From the NCBI RefSeq assembly GCF_006345805.1, contig NC_042998.1:32488001-32552000 (forward strand): a stretch of DNA of 64,000 nucleotides, written 5' to 3'. Under the pieces are notes generated by a model. The model made no database searches. It saw only the letters and a list, made by a program, of their open reading frames with translations, and had not been told where the DNA came from. Positions within the stretch are counted from its first letter, which is position 1; the number at the start of each line of letters is the position of its first letter. The stretch comes from Octopus sinensis (Eukaryota). The position numbers and the translations under genes were made by a program. This document shows, in pieces, positions 1 to 11,870 of the stretch.

Positions 1-66
1 AAATTATTGGTGATGTTTATTCTTCAGACAAAGAGTTTACCCTTATACAGACAAGGAGAGCGATGT

Positions 67-275
67 GTGGAGGCACATGGCCTAGTAGTTAGAGCAGCGG
101 ACTCATGGTCGAGGGATTGTGGGTTCGGATCTCAGACAGGGCGATGTGTGTGTTTATGAGTGAAACACCTAAGTTCCACACAGCTCTGGCAGAAGGTAAT
201 GGCAAACTTCTGCTGACTCTTTCGCCACAACTTTTTCTCACTCTTTCCTCCTGCATGTAGCAGCTCACCTGCAAC
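67..275 (+). mobile_element. tRNA-derived SINE, family A (GGAGGCACATGGCCTAGTGGTTAG head), 3' part missing
   Basis: A-box and B-box-like head followed by the body shared with 5985-6270, 17900-18225, 50006-50394 and 54190-54630. Confidence 0.8.
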
Positions 276-477
276 AGACCGGTTTGACTGGGGACTGGCA
301 AGCCAGGAGGCTTGTTTATGATAGGTGTCAGGTTTAATTTAATGTTTAATTTACTGCTTAATTTAAGGTGATGCAAAATTAGATTAACAATATTTTGAAA
401 AAGAACCTGAAGATGTGTTGGAAGAATTGAAAATCTGATGAGTGCATATATATGTGTGTATATATATATATATATAT

Positions 478-1413
478 CTAATTGCTGAGTCACTATCAGA
501 ACTGGAGGAGAAGTTTCAGGTGTGGAAACAAGGATTAGAATCGAAGGGCCTTAGAATCAACCTAGCCAAAACCAAAGTCCTAATAAGTAGGAAGGTGGAC
601 CAATCACAAACGACTTCAGGTAGATGGACCTGCTCGATCGGTAAAAAAGGTGTAGGTAGAAACTCTATAAGGTGCACCAAGTGTAAGCTATGGACACATA
701 AGAGGTGCAGCAATGTCAAAGGAAGGCTAACTAGGAAAATAGTTTTTGTCTGTGGCAGATGCTCAGGAGCAATAAACACTGGAAATGTGCAGAGACCAAC
801 TTCTACCACGTTCCAGGGAGACAAACTAGAAATAGTTGATAGCTTCCGCTACCTAGGTGACCAAGTCAGTAGCGGGGGTGGGTGTGCTGAAAGGGTAACT
901 GCTAGAGTAAGAATAGCCTGGGCAAAGTTTAGAGAGCTCTTACCCCTACTGGTGACAAAAGGCCTCTCGCCCAGAGTAAAAGGCAGACTGTATGATGCAT
1001 GTGTACGTACAGCCATGCTACATGGTAGTGAAACATGGGCCGTGACTGCTGAGGATATGCGTAAGCTCGCAAGAAATGAAGCCAGTATGCTCCGATGGAT
1101 GTGTAATGTCAGTGTTCATAATCGACAGAGTGTAAGTACCTTGAGAGAACAGTTGAACCTAAGAAGCATCAGTTGTGGTGTGCAAGAGAGACAGCTGCAC
1201 TGGTATGGTCATGTGATGAGAATGGCTGAAGATAGTTGTGTGCAAAAGTGCTACACCCTAGCAGTTGAGGGAACCTGTGGAAGAGGTAGACCCAGGAAAA
1301 CCTGGGACGAGGTGGTGAAGCACGACCTTCGAACTTTAGGTCTCACCAAGGAAATGACTAGAGACCGAGACCTATGGAAGTATGCTGTGCGTGAGAAGAC
1401 CCGGCAAGACTAG
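478..1413 (+). CDS. RTE-clade LINE reverse transcriptase C-terminal region with an inserted PHD-like Cys finger (5'-truncated, stop-free)
   Basis: Translation LIAES...GLRINLAKTKV, CSIG..SIRCTKCKLWTHKRCS..FVCGRC, FRYLGD, RIAWAKFREL, MLHGSETW, QLHWYGHVMRM, RGRPRKTW are typical RTE motifs. The ORF track start at 442 is only a TA microsatellite. Confidence 0.92.
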   Translation, partial: LIAESLSELEEKFQVWKQGLESKGLRINLAKTKVLISRKVDQSQTTSGRWTCSIGKKGVGRNSIRCTKCKLWTHKRCSNVKGRLTRKIVFVCGRCSGAINTGNVQRPTSTTFQGDKLEIVDSFRYLGDQVSSGGGCAERVTARVRIAWAKFRELLPLLVTKGLSPRVKGRLYDACVRTAMLHGSETWAVTAEDMRKLARNEASMLRWMCNVSVHNRQSVSTLREQLNLRSISCGVQERQLHWYGHVMRMAEDSCVQKCYTLAVEGTCGRGRPRKTWDEVVKHDLRTLGLTKEMTRDRDLWKYAVREKTRQD

Positions 1414-1895
1414 TGAGGCCATAACCCGTGGACCCTACCTGGGATGTAGTCAGTCCACCTATGCATACCTTCCTTCTTGTGACACTTGTGAAGACCTGTT
1501 GAGGCAAGTGAAAATCAAACCAAATCAAAATAGATGATCATCAATGGAATTTGTATCTTTGTGGTACCAGTGCCGGTGGCACATAAGAAAACCATCTGAA
1601 CGTGGCCGTAGCCAGTACCACATCAACTGGCCTCCGTGCTGTGGGCACGTAACAAACATCATCCGATCATGGCCGCTTGCCAGCCTCGTCTGGCACCTAT
1701 GTCAGTGGCACATAAAATCACTCACTACACTCTCGGAGTGGTTGGCGTTAGGAAGGGCATCCAGCTGTAGAAACACTGCCAGATCTGACTGGCCTGGTAC
1801 AGCCTTCGAGCTCCCCAGACCCCAGTTGAACCGTCCAACCCATGCTAGCATGGAAAGCGGACGTTAAACGATAATGATGATGATGATGATGATGA
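478..1895 (+). mobile_element. 5'-truncated RTE LINE including its 3' UTR and (ATG)n tail
   Basis: ORF followed by about 460 bp of UTR ending GCATGGAAAGCGGACGTTAAACGAT(ATG)n. (TA)n tracts lie on both sides. Confidence 0.88.
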
Positions 1896-1914
1896 TATAT
1901 ATATATATATATAT

Positions 1915-2255
1915 TTGCCAGCCTCGTCTGGCCCCCGTGCTGGTGACACGTAAAAGCACCATCCGTTTCGTGGCCGTTTGCCAGCTCTGTCTGGCCCCCG
2001 TGTTGGTGGCACGTAAAAGCACCATCCATTTGTGGCCGTTTGCCAGCTCTGTCTGGCACCTGTGCGGGTGGCACGTAAAAAGTACCCACTACACTCATGG
2101 AGTGGTTGGCGTTAGGAAGGGCATCCAGCCGTAGAAACACTGCCAGATCTGACTGGGCCTGATGAAGCCTTCCAGCTTCACAGACCCCAGTTGAACCGTC
2201 CAACTCATGCTAGCATGGAGAACGGATGCTAAATGATGATGATGATGATGATGAT
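1915..2255 (+). mobile_element. Short element matching the RTE 3' UTR (family R) with three tandem modules
   Basis: Same terminal ~150 bp and (ATG)n tail as 1720-1895. Other copies: 9631-9770+, 9960-10670-, 13360-13740-, 23070-23645+, 31785-32170-, 32715-32995-, 38695-38900-, 40625-40790+, 43140-43350-, 53525-53890-, 55990-56380+, 58875-59530-, 63060-63450+. Confidence 0.85.
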
Positions 2256-3744
2256 ATATGTACAGATATTATAATCTTCCAATACTGAAACACATGTAGT
2301 TCCTTCATAATCGATAATTTTAATTTTAACTTAAGTTGGAGATAATTAAGGAAGTATATTTTATACCCTACTAGTATACTGGTTATATCCTTTAAAGTAT
2401 TATTTTGTGATGTGCACATAGATACCATGAGTTTACCTTCAGAGATACTCATCAGGTTATTTTTTTGTATTATCTGAAATAGAATACCAGCATATATATT
2501 AATTCCCAAAACTGAATTATTATTGATTTCAATTAGGTATTTTGTATATTTCTAGATAGATATATTTTTATCATATATAAATATATGATAAAAAAAATAC
2601 CCCCACTGTACGATATGGAGATGCACATAATGCTAAATGGTTGTACCTGATTGATTTGGAAATTTGTTTCCCCAAAAAGATGCAAAATGATGATGATGAT
2701 GATGATGGTTGTTGTTGTTGTCATTACTCAACCACTGCACCTACAGACTGCAATTTCTGTTAGCACTATTTGCTTTGTTAATGCAGATTACATACAGTTT
2801 CCTCGTCTAGAAAACATCCTCCCTTTTATATTTCACGAAAATGTATATTTTTGTCATTAATAATGAAGCAAACATTGAATAAAAAATAGTGTTTTTTTTT
2901 CAAACAAAAATGAGATTTCACTATTCTAGAACAACATTTAATCTTATTCTGACAGAAATTGCTTTACAAGTTCACTCAAAGAATTATCAAAGAATTCAGA
3001 TAAGCTAACTTGAGATTTAAGACTGTTAATTCATGTCAAAATCTATTGAAATTTCATCGCTTTACTAACCACTCACAGAGATCTCTTTCATTGTCAAAAC
3101 ATCCAGGAAGAGGAGTTCTTTAAAAGCTTAAATAATGATATATGTTGAGTTTATCGCAGTAATATATTTAGCACTAATATTTTAAAGAACATGGTTCTTA
3201 TAGAGACTGTATCCAGAAATTCTGAGCTTGTTGCTGACGCAAGATATTAATAAATAGAGATATATATATCTAGTTAACAGCAAATCAAATTAAGAAGAAA
3301 TTTATTAAGATGTAATTTTAGACATTACGAGCACCAATCCCATATCAAGTTTGTATATTATTATCTATATCAAAATTTTAGCTAGTAATCTGTAAGATAT
3401 GGAGGTATAATAACCAGCTTATGCAATAAGATATAAAATATGTACATTAAATATATATTTTAATCTGTTCATAAAATTATTGTAATGAAAGCAGTTACCT
3501 GAACTCCTAATTTTCCTTAAATTGATAAATTTAATTACATAAGATAAATTTTATTGCATAAACTTTGGTTGTTTTAAGAAAGAACACAGCTCAGCTGATA
3601 AGGAATGAACCAATGAGGAAACCTATAGATGGCTCCCCAATCTGCTCGAAACAACGGCCTAGTCTCCCTCAAATCCCACCCTAATGCCTTTAGAATTATA
3701 GAAGGGAACTGTTTTGAACTGAATTTTTCACGAGATTGTCATTT

Positions 3745-3945
3745 CTTATTTCTTTATTGCCCACAAGGGGCTAAACATAGAGGGGACAAACAAGGACAGA
3801 CAGTGCGTAACTGGTACTTATTTAATTGACCCCGAAAGGATAAAAGGTAAAGTCAACCTCGGCGGAATTTGAACTCAGAACGTAGCGGCTGATGAAATAC
3901 GCTAAGCATTTCGCCTGGCGTGCTAACGTTTCTGCCAGCTCGCAA
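3745..3945 (-). mobile_element. tRNA-derived SINE, family C (GGCGAGCTGGCAGAAACGTTAG head; CCTTTCATCCTTTCGGGGTCGATAAA central domain)
   Basis: A and B boxes plus a conserved core that resembles Deu/Nin-type SINE domains (inference). Other copies near 7810, 15195, 24215, 24610, 25770, 28760, 38060, 47175, 49184 and 50630. Confidence 0.85.
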
Positions 3946-4897
3946 ATCCACTGACAAAGCTTTTGTTGACATAAAGCCATAGTAAAAGACACTTGCCCAT
4001 AGTGCCACACAGTGGGACTGAACCCAGAACCATGTTGTTGGGAAGCAAACTTCTTACCACATAGCCTTGCCTGTGCTTATTATATAACATGTTAATAATA
4101 AATAATATTTTAAATGAAATTATATGACTTGCTACAAGTTTGGCAACAAAAGTATTTTTCTCCATGGAAAATGAAAAGCATAAAAAATAAAAAGAAAAAA
4201 ACAGCCATGTTGCACGATATCAATTGTAAAAACCGATGATATGCATCAATTGATGGAAGTGAATATGTTAAGTTGGTTAACGGAGAGGAAGCAAATTAGT
4301 GGAGCAATTGTACATGAAAGATATTGTCTGACGCAGAAAGAAAAGACAATGAAATGATGGTGATGTTGTCACTGGTGGTATTATCGATTGGGGCAACAAT
4401 TTAAATTTATCTAAAATTAGATATTTTATTATTATCTAAGCTATATTAAAATCAAATTAGTACTTAAGTATAACTAAGGATATACAAGAGACACAGCCTT
4501 AATTATAACTAAAGGCAGCCCAAAGTATTGATGCAGAATAAAACACACAATGTATAATTTATTTATAGTTTTTATGGTCTATTTTAAACAAATATACATT
4601 TGCACAAAATATTTATTGATTTATTGAAACAATTTTTTTAAAACTCAGAAATATGTTCATGAATACACACCTGAATGTAGCGAACTGCAGAGATTGTCAG
4701 TTGAATAAATAGATATGTCAATGTGAATAGAATAAATAGAAGGTAGTTTCTGCATAGATGGAATAACTCTAAAGTGGCGGTGAATATATTCGCCACACAG
4801 ATGCACATCCAGATTATAAAGCTAAACACACTCTCACACACACACATATATGTATGTATGTATATATGTATACATATATATGCATATATCTATATGT

Positions 4898-4954
<57 letters not shown>

Positions 4955-5759
4955 CTGGAGTAAGAACGTAGATGTGAAACAAGGTGGAAAAAGAGTACTC
5001 AAATACCAGAGGTAGAGTAATATGCTTTATTTAAAAGCAGCAGAAATATAACAAAAGCTGTTACTCAGTGTGTCACGCTCCCATTTCTCGGACAGTTTTG
5101 TTAATTTTAACAGTAAAGTGGTTAGTATGAGGAAGGGCAGTCGGCCATAGAAACCATGCCAAAGCTGACATCATTGGCTTGATGTGGCCTTACAGCTCAC
5201 TGGTTCCTGTCAAACTGTCCAACCCATGTGAACATGGGAAATGGACACTCAATGCTGATGACGATGGTAACGTGCCAAAATGTCACACAAAGGGATTGAA
5301 CATGAAACTATGAGATTAGGAAGCAAACCTCTTACCACACAGCCACACCTGCACCTATGTATGTGTGTGCGTGTGTGTATATGTAGGTATATGTCTGTAT
5401 TATGTTGAAGTCATAAGCAAAAGAGAATATTTAGCAATGGAAGCAGAGTGTTGATCGTTACTTAATGCAAGTCATAGTCAGAAATTCATGCCAATACCCT
5501 TGAGTGGCAATCAATCATTTTCATTGATTTTGTCGGGGCATTCGACAGCATACATCGGAGTTCATAGTGGTGCATCACTCATGATTTCAGTATTCCTGAG
5601 CATTTCGTTAATGCCTTTTGGAGCCTTTATCACAAATCTAGGTGCTGTGTTCGAATTGAGACAGACTACACTGACTACTTTGCCATTGAGACCAGTGTAC
5701 GTCAAGGGTGTATTCTATCCTCTCTCTTATATCTTATGATGACTGACTTATTTCTAAAT

Positions 5760-6615
5760 CTCTCAATGATGCAGACACTGAATGCGACATTGCCTGCCGG
5801 ATTGGGAAGGCCTCAGCTGTCTTTCAAAGACTCAAACCCATCTGGGCTGGCAGAGCAATCTCCATCAAGACCAAAGTGTGCTTCTTCAACAGTATTGTCA
5901 CACCATTGGCAATATACATGGTGGAAATGTGGGAGACATCAGCAGAGATCGCACGAAAGCTCAATGTATTTCAGCTTTGATACCTCTGTGGAGGCACATG
6001 GTCTAGTGGTTAGAGCAGTGGACTCGTTGAATCTCAGACCAGGCGATGTGTGTGTGTTTAAGAGTGAAACACCTAAGCTCCACGTGGCTCCGGCAGAAGG
6101 TAATGGCGAACCTCTGCTGACTCTTTCACCACAACTTTCTCTCACTCTTTCCTCCTGCATCTTGCAGCTCACCTGTGATGGACCAGCGTCCCATCCATGT
6201 GGGGAACCTATACGCCAAGGAAACTGGGAAACCGTCCCTTATGAGCCAGGCATGGCTCGAGAAGGAACAAACAGCGATGCCTCTGGCAGATACAGCAAAT
6301 ATCATGCAGGACCACATCACCAAACTGATATCCGTCTACTCCAAGATATCGTCACTGAGTGCTGCTTGCGATTTGCAGGCCATGTCCTCCGATTACCATC
6401 ATTGCAGCATGTAAAACCCACCATTCTGTGGAAGCCACAACATGGCAAGAAAAAAAAGGGGCAACCAAAAGTGACTCGGTGCTGCACCTTCATCGATGAC
6501 CTCAAAACTTTTGACATTTCATGTGATGAAGCTGAAATCACTATGGCTGACTGACCACATTGGATAAGCCTTGTCACCCAATGTGTCACATGGCACAGGA
6601 GGAGCTAAGACTAAA
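5760..6615 (+). mobile_element. Degenerate RTE LINE 3' fragment split by a family A SINE
   Basis: DIACRIGKASAVFQRLKPIW..ISIKTKV..NSIV..MWET..KLNVFQ, then RFAGHVLRLP..WKPQHGKKKKGQPK..FIDDLK, ending in a CTAAGACTAA tail. Confidence 0.8.
5985..6270 (+). mobile_element. tRNA-derived SINE, family A
   Basis: Homologous to 67-275 and to 17900-18225(-); ends GGCATGGCTCGAGAAGGAACAAACA. Confidence 0.85.
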
Positions 6616-7369
6616 ACCCTAGAGTGGTCGATCACTGAGTAGATTTGTTAATATTCATCAACTCGTTGAAAAATGACTGTACTTCAAAATGTGGCTGTTA
6701 GCCAAAATGTCTGGAGAAGCACAGATCTTGATGTATATTGCCCAAAATATCTACCCATGAAATTATCACGAATTATAAAAGATGGCGATTGTTTTTACTC
6801 GTAGAAAATATGCTGAACGCATTTTTCAGAAGTAATTCGCAAACTTTATATAAAATGAAACAAAATTACCGAAAAAAATGCAAATGTCTACAACAATTTA
6901 TAATTATGTGGTTTAAGAAATTATTTAGGATCTTCTCCTTTTGAACGGCACATGTCAACACAATTTCTAGTTAACTAAACACTTTAAAACTTCGTATACT
7001 GGTGGAATGTGTAAGATGTTAAATTTTGGTCTTGTTTTCAGTTGGAAACATATTTTTTAATTGTCAGAATGAAGCAATTCCTAAGAAGAGTAAAATATTT
7101 ATTTTGTCTTTATTGTGAACTTTATTAACATCAAAACAAATTTGTAGCTACAAATCTTAAATCTAAAAAATTATTTCTTGAAAGGTTTTTTAACCTGTCT
7201 GCTGTTATTTTTTTTTCTCCTGTTGACTTAATTGATTCATTTCCCTTTTACTCTCCGTATCAGATGTGTAAAAATTGATGAGTAAAACTTCATAGGTATA
7301 CGCAACCAATAACCACAGCCAGACAAGAAACATTAGCAGAAAGATCTCTTCAATTAATTCTTTTATTTG

Positions 7370-7735
7370 TTTCAGTCATTTGACTGTGGCCATGCTGAAG
7401 CACTGCCTTTAGTCAAACAAATCAACCCCAAGATTTATTCTTTGTAAGCCTAGTACTTATTCTATTGGTCTCTTTTGCCAAACTGCTAAGTTATGGGGAC
7501 AAACCAACATTGGGTGTCAAGTGATGGTGGAGGGACAAACACAGACACACAAATACACACACACACACATATATATATGACGAGCTTCTTTCAGTTTCCA
7601 TCCACCAAATTCACTCACAAGTCTTTGGCCGGTCTGAGGCTATAGTAGAAAACACTTGTCCAAGGTGTCATGCAATGGGACTGAAACCGGAACCATGTGG
7701 TTAGCAAGCAAGCCATTTACCACACGGCCACTCAT
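7370..7735 (-). mobile_element. Composite tRNA SINE, family B (GGAGTGGCTGTGTGGTAAG head, CORE-like GGCACCTTGGGCAAGTGTC, internal microsatellite, tail CAAATGACTGAAACAAGTAAAAGAG)
   Basis: Many near-identical copies: 14180-14570+, 31121-31510+, 34086-34490+, 40200-40600-, 51830-52510+, 52730-53130+, 62180-62590-, 63888-64000+. Partial copies near 12440, 37595, 43490, 44680 and 53320. Confidence 0.85.
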
Positions 7736-8374
7736 TTACAAAATGCAATTACATTTGCTATGAATGAATCCCATAAGGGACAGTAAACAGGCAGAATTGT
7801 CAGCCAACAGCATTTTGTCTTGTCTTTAGACTGAGGTCAGCTTCCCCTTCCATCCTTTCAGGGTCGATAAAATAAGTACCAGTTGAACTATGGGGTTGAA
7901 ATTGCTGGCCTTGTGCCACAATTTGAAACCATTACGAGAGACAGAATATTATGGGGAGTGATCAGATTTTAACAGTCATCGTACTGTATAATGTAGCCAT
8001 AGTTCTACTCTCTGGTTGTTCTATGTTTTATGACAGAAGGTCTCTTATGCATTTTGCTTTAATATAGTTTTGGTTCTTATATAAATATTTACATCTTCAT
8101 TCAGTAATATCCAACCTGAGGCAGTAGTGGAATCTGTATTGTCTGGATGTGTATTGTTGTCGTATCATGCAATATTGAGTTATTTTTCCTATTCATATCT
8201 ACATTGTTCAAGAGCTGCATTTAGCCTTTGGCACATTTGGAACTAGTTTCCACGATCATGTATAGTTTCGTTTTGTTTAATGTTGTGCTGGGAGCTGATC
8301 TTCAGCTTTTAGCACTAGTGGAAAACGCAATTCTAGTTCCATGTAGCGCATTATAAATGTGAAGACATGTGACC

Positions 8375-8640
8375 CGGTGGTTAGGGCATTCAGCTCATAA
8401 TCATAGGATCATGAGATCAATTCCTGGCTGCATATTGTGTCCTCGTGTATGAGGCTTAATTTCACGTTGCTTCAGTCTACTCAGCTAGCAAAAATGGGTT
8501 GTACCTGTAATACAAAAGGGCCGGCCTTGTCACACTGAATCTCCTTGTGAACTACATTAAGGATACACGGGTCTGTTCCAGTGATTGGATCAACAGCAAC
8601 CCACATTGTTGTGACCAACAGAGTGCCAGTTTAGTTATAA
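8375..8640 (+). mobile_element. Diverged tRNA SINE with V-domain-like core
   Basis: GTGGTTAGGGCATTCAGCTCA head and ATTGTGTCC..TTTCACGTTGCTTCAGTCTACTCAGCT core. Related copies at 22160-22385(-) and 52005-52262(+). Confidence 0.6.
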
Positions 8641-8674
8641 ATGTTACTTGGTATCTTATATATACATACATACT

Positions 8675-8705
<31 letters not shown>

Positions 8706-8744
8706 GTATATATATGTATATATATTATATATATATATATATAT

Positions 8745-9192
8745 ATATTGTTATATTTCGGAATGGTCATTTTGCCAGTTTAGCCAATAAAAACACACGC
8801 ACTATATATTTGGTGTTATTTTGCTTCAGTGATATTTATTTTTTACATTAATCTTAATCTTATTTCGCCAAAGTTCTTCGTCACACTCCTGTGACCGCAT
8901 CAGTGGTCCTTTGTTTTCTTCTCACTTATTTGTGTCTCTCCTTACTAACCGTCAGCCATTTTGTATTGTAATACAAAATGGCTGACGGTTAGTAAGGAGA
9001 GACACAAATAAGTGAGAAGAAAACAAAGGACCACTGATGCGGTCACAGGAGTGTGACGAAAGAACTTTGGCCAAAATAAGATTAAGATTAATGTAAAAAT
9101 AAATATCACTGAAGCAAATAACACCAAATATATAGTGCGTGTGTTTTTATTGGCTAAACTGGCAAAATGACCATTCCGAAATATAACAATAT
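8745..9192. repeat. Near-perfect foldback palindrome, arms about 223 bp, 2-nt loop (8968-8969)
   Basis: 8745-8967 is the reverse complement of 8970-9192 apart from about four single-base indels and one substitution. Confidence 0.95.
9028..9072 (+). ncRNA. Degenerate minimal hammerhead-ribozyme-like motif
   Basis: GGACCA-CTGATGC-G-GTCACA(GGAG)TGTGAC-GAAA-GAAC-TT-TGGCC gives a 6-bp stem II, GAAA, short stem III and stem I. A9 is replaced by C. The mirror copy in the left arm lacks one A of GAAA. Confidence 0.5.
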
Positions 9193-9409
9193 CTGTTTCA
9201 ACACACACTTTCACATAAAAAATCTTGCACAACAAATATTTAAACGTATATATATTATACATGTTATTATATATATATATATATATATGTATTAAACTTA
9301 GATAAACTTAGATATGTTTCGACCAAGATTGGTCCAGCCATGTCTAACTTAATAGCACCACCTGATATATATATATATATATATGTGTATATATATCTAT
9401 ATATATATA

Positions 9410-9456
<47 letters not shown>

Positions 9457-11134
9457 ATATATTATATATATATAAATTAGAAAAAAAACACTTTTATCAA
9501 TTCAATAATGAAAAATTAAATTATACCATTTAGAAAAATTACATCTTATAGAAAGATTAAATATATAACAGTATTTCTAAATTGAATTTTCCCTGTAAGT
9601 TTGGAATAATATTCCCGCATATTATATATGTTAGGAAGGGCATCAAACCGTAGAAACATTGCCAGATCAGACTGGGCCTGGTGCAGCCTTCTGTCTTCCC
9701 AGACCCCAGCTGAACCATCCATGGAAAGCGGACGCTAAATGATGGTGATGATGATGATGATGATGATGACATATATATAATAGAAATATGTTGCAAAAAG
9801 AAAATAGAAACTACATGTGGAAATGTCAGGGGAAAGTAAGAAGAAAAATAAGCAAAAATAAACATTGGAAATCAAACACAGTAAAGGCTTTTTATGGAAA
9901 GTAACGATAGATTTATACAATTAGATGAACTGAGGTAGGAATAAAAGTAATAAAAGTCATTATTGTGAATTGTTAAAGTGGTATTTTTTATGTGCTACCT
10001 GCATGGGAGCCAGTCTGGCGGCACTGGCAACGATCACACTAGAATGTTGTATTTCATGTGCCACCGGCACATGTGCCATTAAGGCGACACTAGCAACAAT
10101 CACACTTGAATGGCGCTTTTTAAGTGCCACCAGCATGGGGGCCAATCCATGGCGCTGGCAACAATCATGTTTAGATGTGCTTTTAATGTTCCACTGGCAT
10201 GCGTGCCAATCAGGCAGTACTGTCGTTGGCTACGTCACTGATTTTGATTTTGATTTCACTTGCCTCAATAGGTCTTCGCAAGCAAAAGTTTATTGTCCAA
10301 TGAATGAGGGGTTCTCATATGTGGGCTGGTTATACCCCATTGCTCGGATGTGCCGGTAATGTAGGATGAGGAAACACAGACAAAGGTTTAGCCAGGTTCA
10401 ATTTTGTGATACATAGATCATCATCATCATCATTTAATGTCCGCTTTCCATGGGTTGGACGGTTTAACTGAGGCCTGTCGAACCAGATGGCTGCACCAGG
10501 CTCCAATCTTGATCTGGCAGAGTTTCTACAGCTGGATGCCCTTCCTAATGCCAACCACTCCAAGAGTGTAGTGGGTGCTTTTTACGTGCCACTGGCACGG
10601 GGCCAGTCAGGCAGTACTGGCAATGACCTCGCTTGAATCTTTTTACACATGCAACCGGCACAGGTGCCATATATGCAAAAACAAAAAAAAACACAAACAA
10701 AACATAAAGAGATATGCACAAACAAATTGCATTCAGACATAAAACTACATACAATTTTAATACCGATTCCTGAAAGTTTTAAATACATTAACCCCACAAA
10801 AATTTAGTGAGGCAACATTTAGTGTCGGCAAAACATAAGACAAGTTTGGTTTTTATATATTGTAATCTGCTCATAAAAGATTGCCATCTTAAAGAATAAA
10901 AGAAACGAGAGGGGGGGAGAATATAATCCTATTTTCTAACTTACAGATTTGCCGGAAATATGTGTGTTTACATGTAAATTATGTATATAGATATGTTATA
11001 ATATTTATGTACAAACAGTTTGTGTGTGTTTAAATATGTCTGATGTGCGTTTGAGTAGGTATATACTTACTAATCCAACCAGCCGCATGCAATTCTCAGA
11101 TTATCTATCTATGAATATTTACATATATACATAT

Positions 11135-11261
11135 GCATACTATGTACATACACACATACACACACAGAAACATGCATATATATAGATATGCATATGTATG
11201 TATGTATCTATCTATCTATCTACCTACCTACCTATCTCTCTCTCTTTATATATATAAATAC

Positions 11262-11301
<40 letters not shown>

Positions 11302-11412
11302 ATATATATATATATATATATATAATATATATATATATAATATTTATTTTTATTTTATCTAGTTTCAGCTCACGAGCTGTGGCCATGCTGGGGCACCATA
11401 ATATATATATAT

Positions 11413-11485
<73 letters not shown>

Positions 11486-11592
11486 ATATTATATATATAT
11501 ATATATATATACATATATACTCACATTTAGAATTGCATGCATTATTACTATTCTTCTTCTTCTTCTTCTTCTTCTTATTATTATTATTATTA

Positions 11593-11641
<49 letters not shown>

Positions 11642-11645
11642 CATT
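11135..11645. repeat. Compound microsatellite (CA, TA, TTC, TTA)
   Basis: Directly visible simple repeats. Confidence 0.95.
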
Positions 11646-11870
11646 AAGGGTGGAGAGGAAAGTGTTACCTTCTAGTAAGTTTGCTGAAAGGTGGGTGAAT
11701 GTTGGAAGAATGGCTAGTGTGAAAGGACCGATTCTGAGCATGCACCTGTAAAAAAAGGGAATTAAAGGAGAAGGGCTCTTGCCCTGTTGACCAGGCTCCC
11801 ATGGCTTTTCTGGGTTTTTCCATGGGGACCTTAAATGCCTCCTCTATTGGGAGTTTTAATTTGTTCAATT
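11640..11870 (-). mobile_element. Probable LINE 3' end with (AAT)n tail
   Basis: More GC-rich segment ending on the minus strand in a long (AAT)n tract. No diagnostic protein motif. Confidence 0.3.

Noticed and set aside
67-140. tRNA-like heads here and in many other copies
   Set aside because: They are SINE heads. No complete cloverleaf was seen, so no tRNA gene is called.
1915-2070. Regularly spaced repeats resembling a CRISPR array
   Set aside because: They are tandem modules without unique spacers, in a eukaryotic retroelement UTR with no cas genes.
4690-4830. Possible minus-strand exon with a hydrophobic reading
   Set aside because: Weak GTGTGT donor, open in two frames, and it contains a short palindrome (GTGGCG..GAATATATTCGCCAC) more suggestive of a repeat remnant.
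5736-6554. 272-aa ORF
   Set aside because: A chance fusion of an off-frame RTE piece, a SINE and the RTE C-terminus.
9310-9345. GACC-AATCTT-GGTC-GAAAC hammerhead-like half motif on the minus strand
   Set aside because: CUGANGA is incomplete and no stem I pairing exists.
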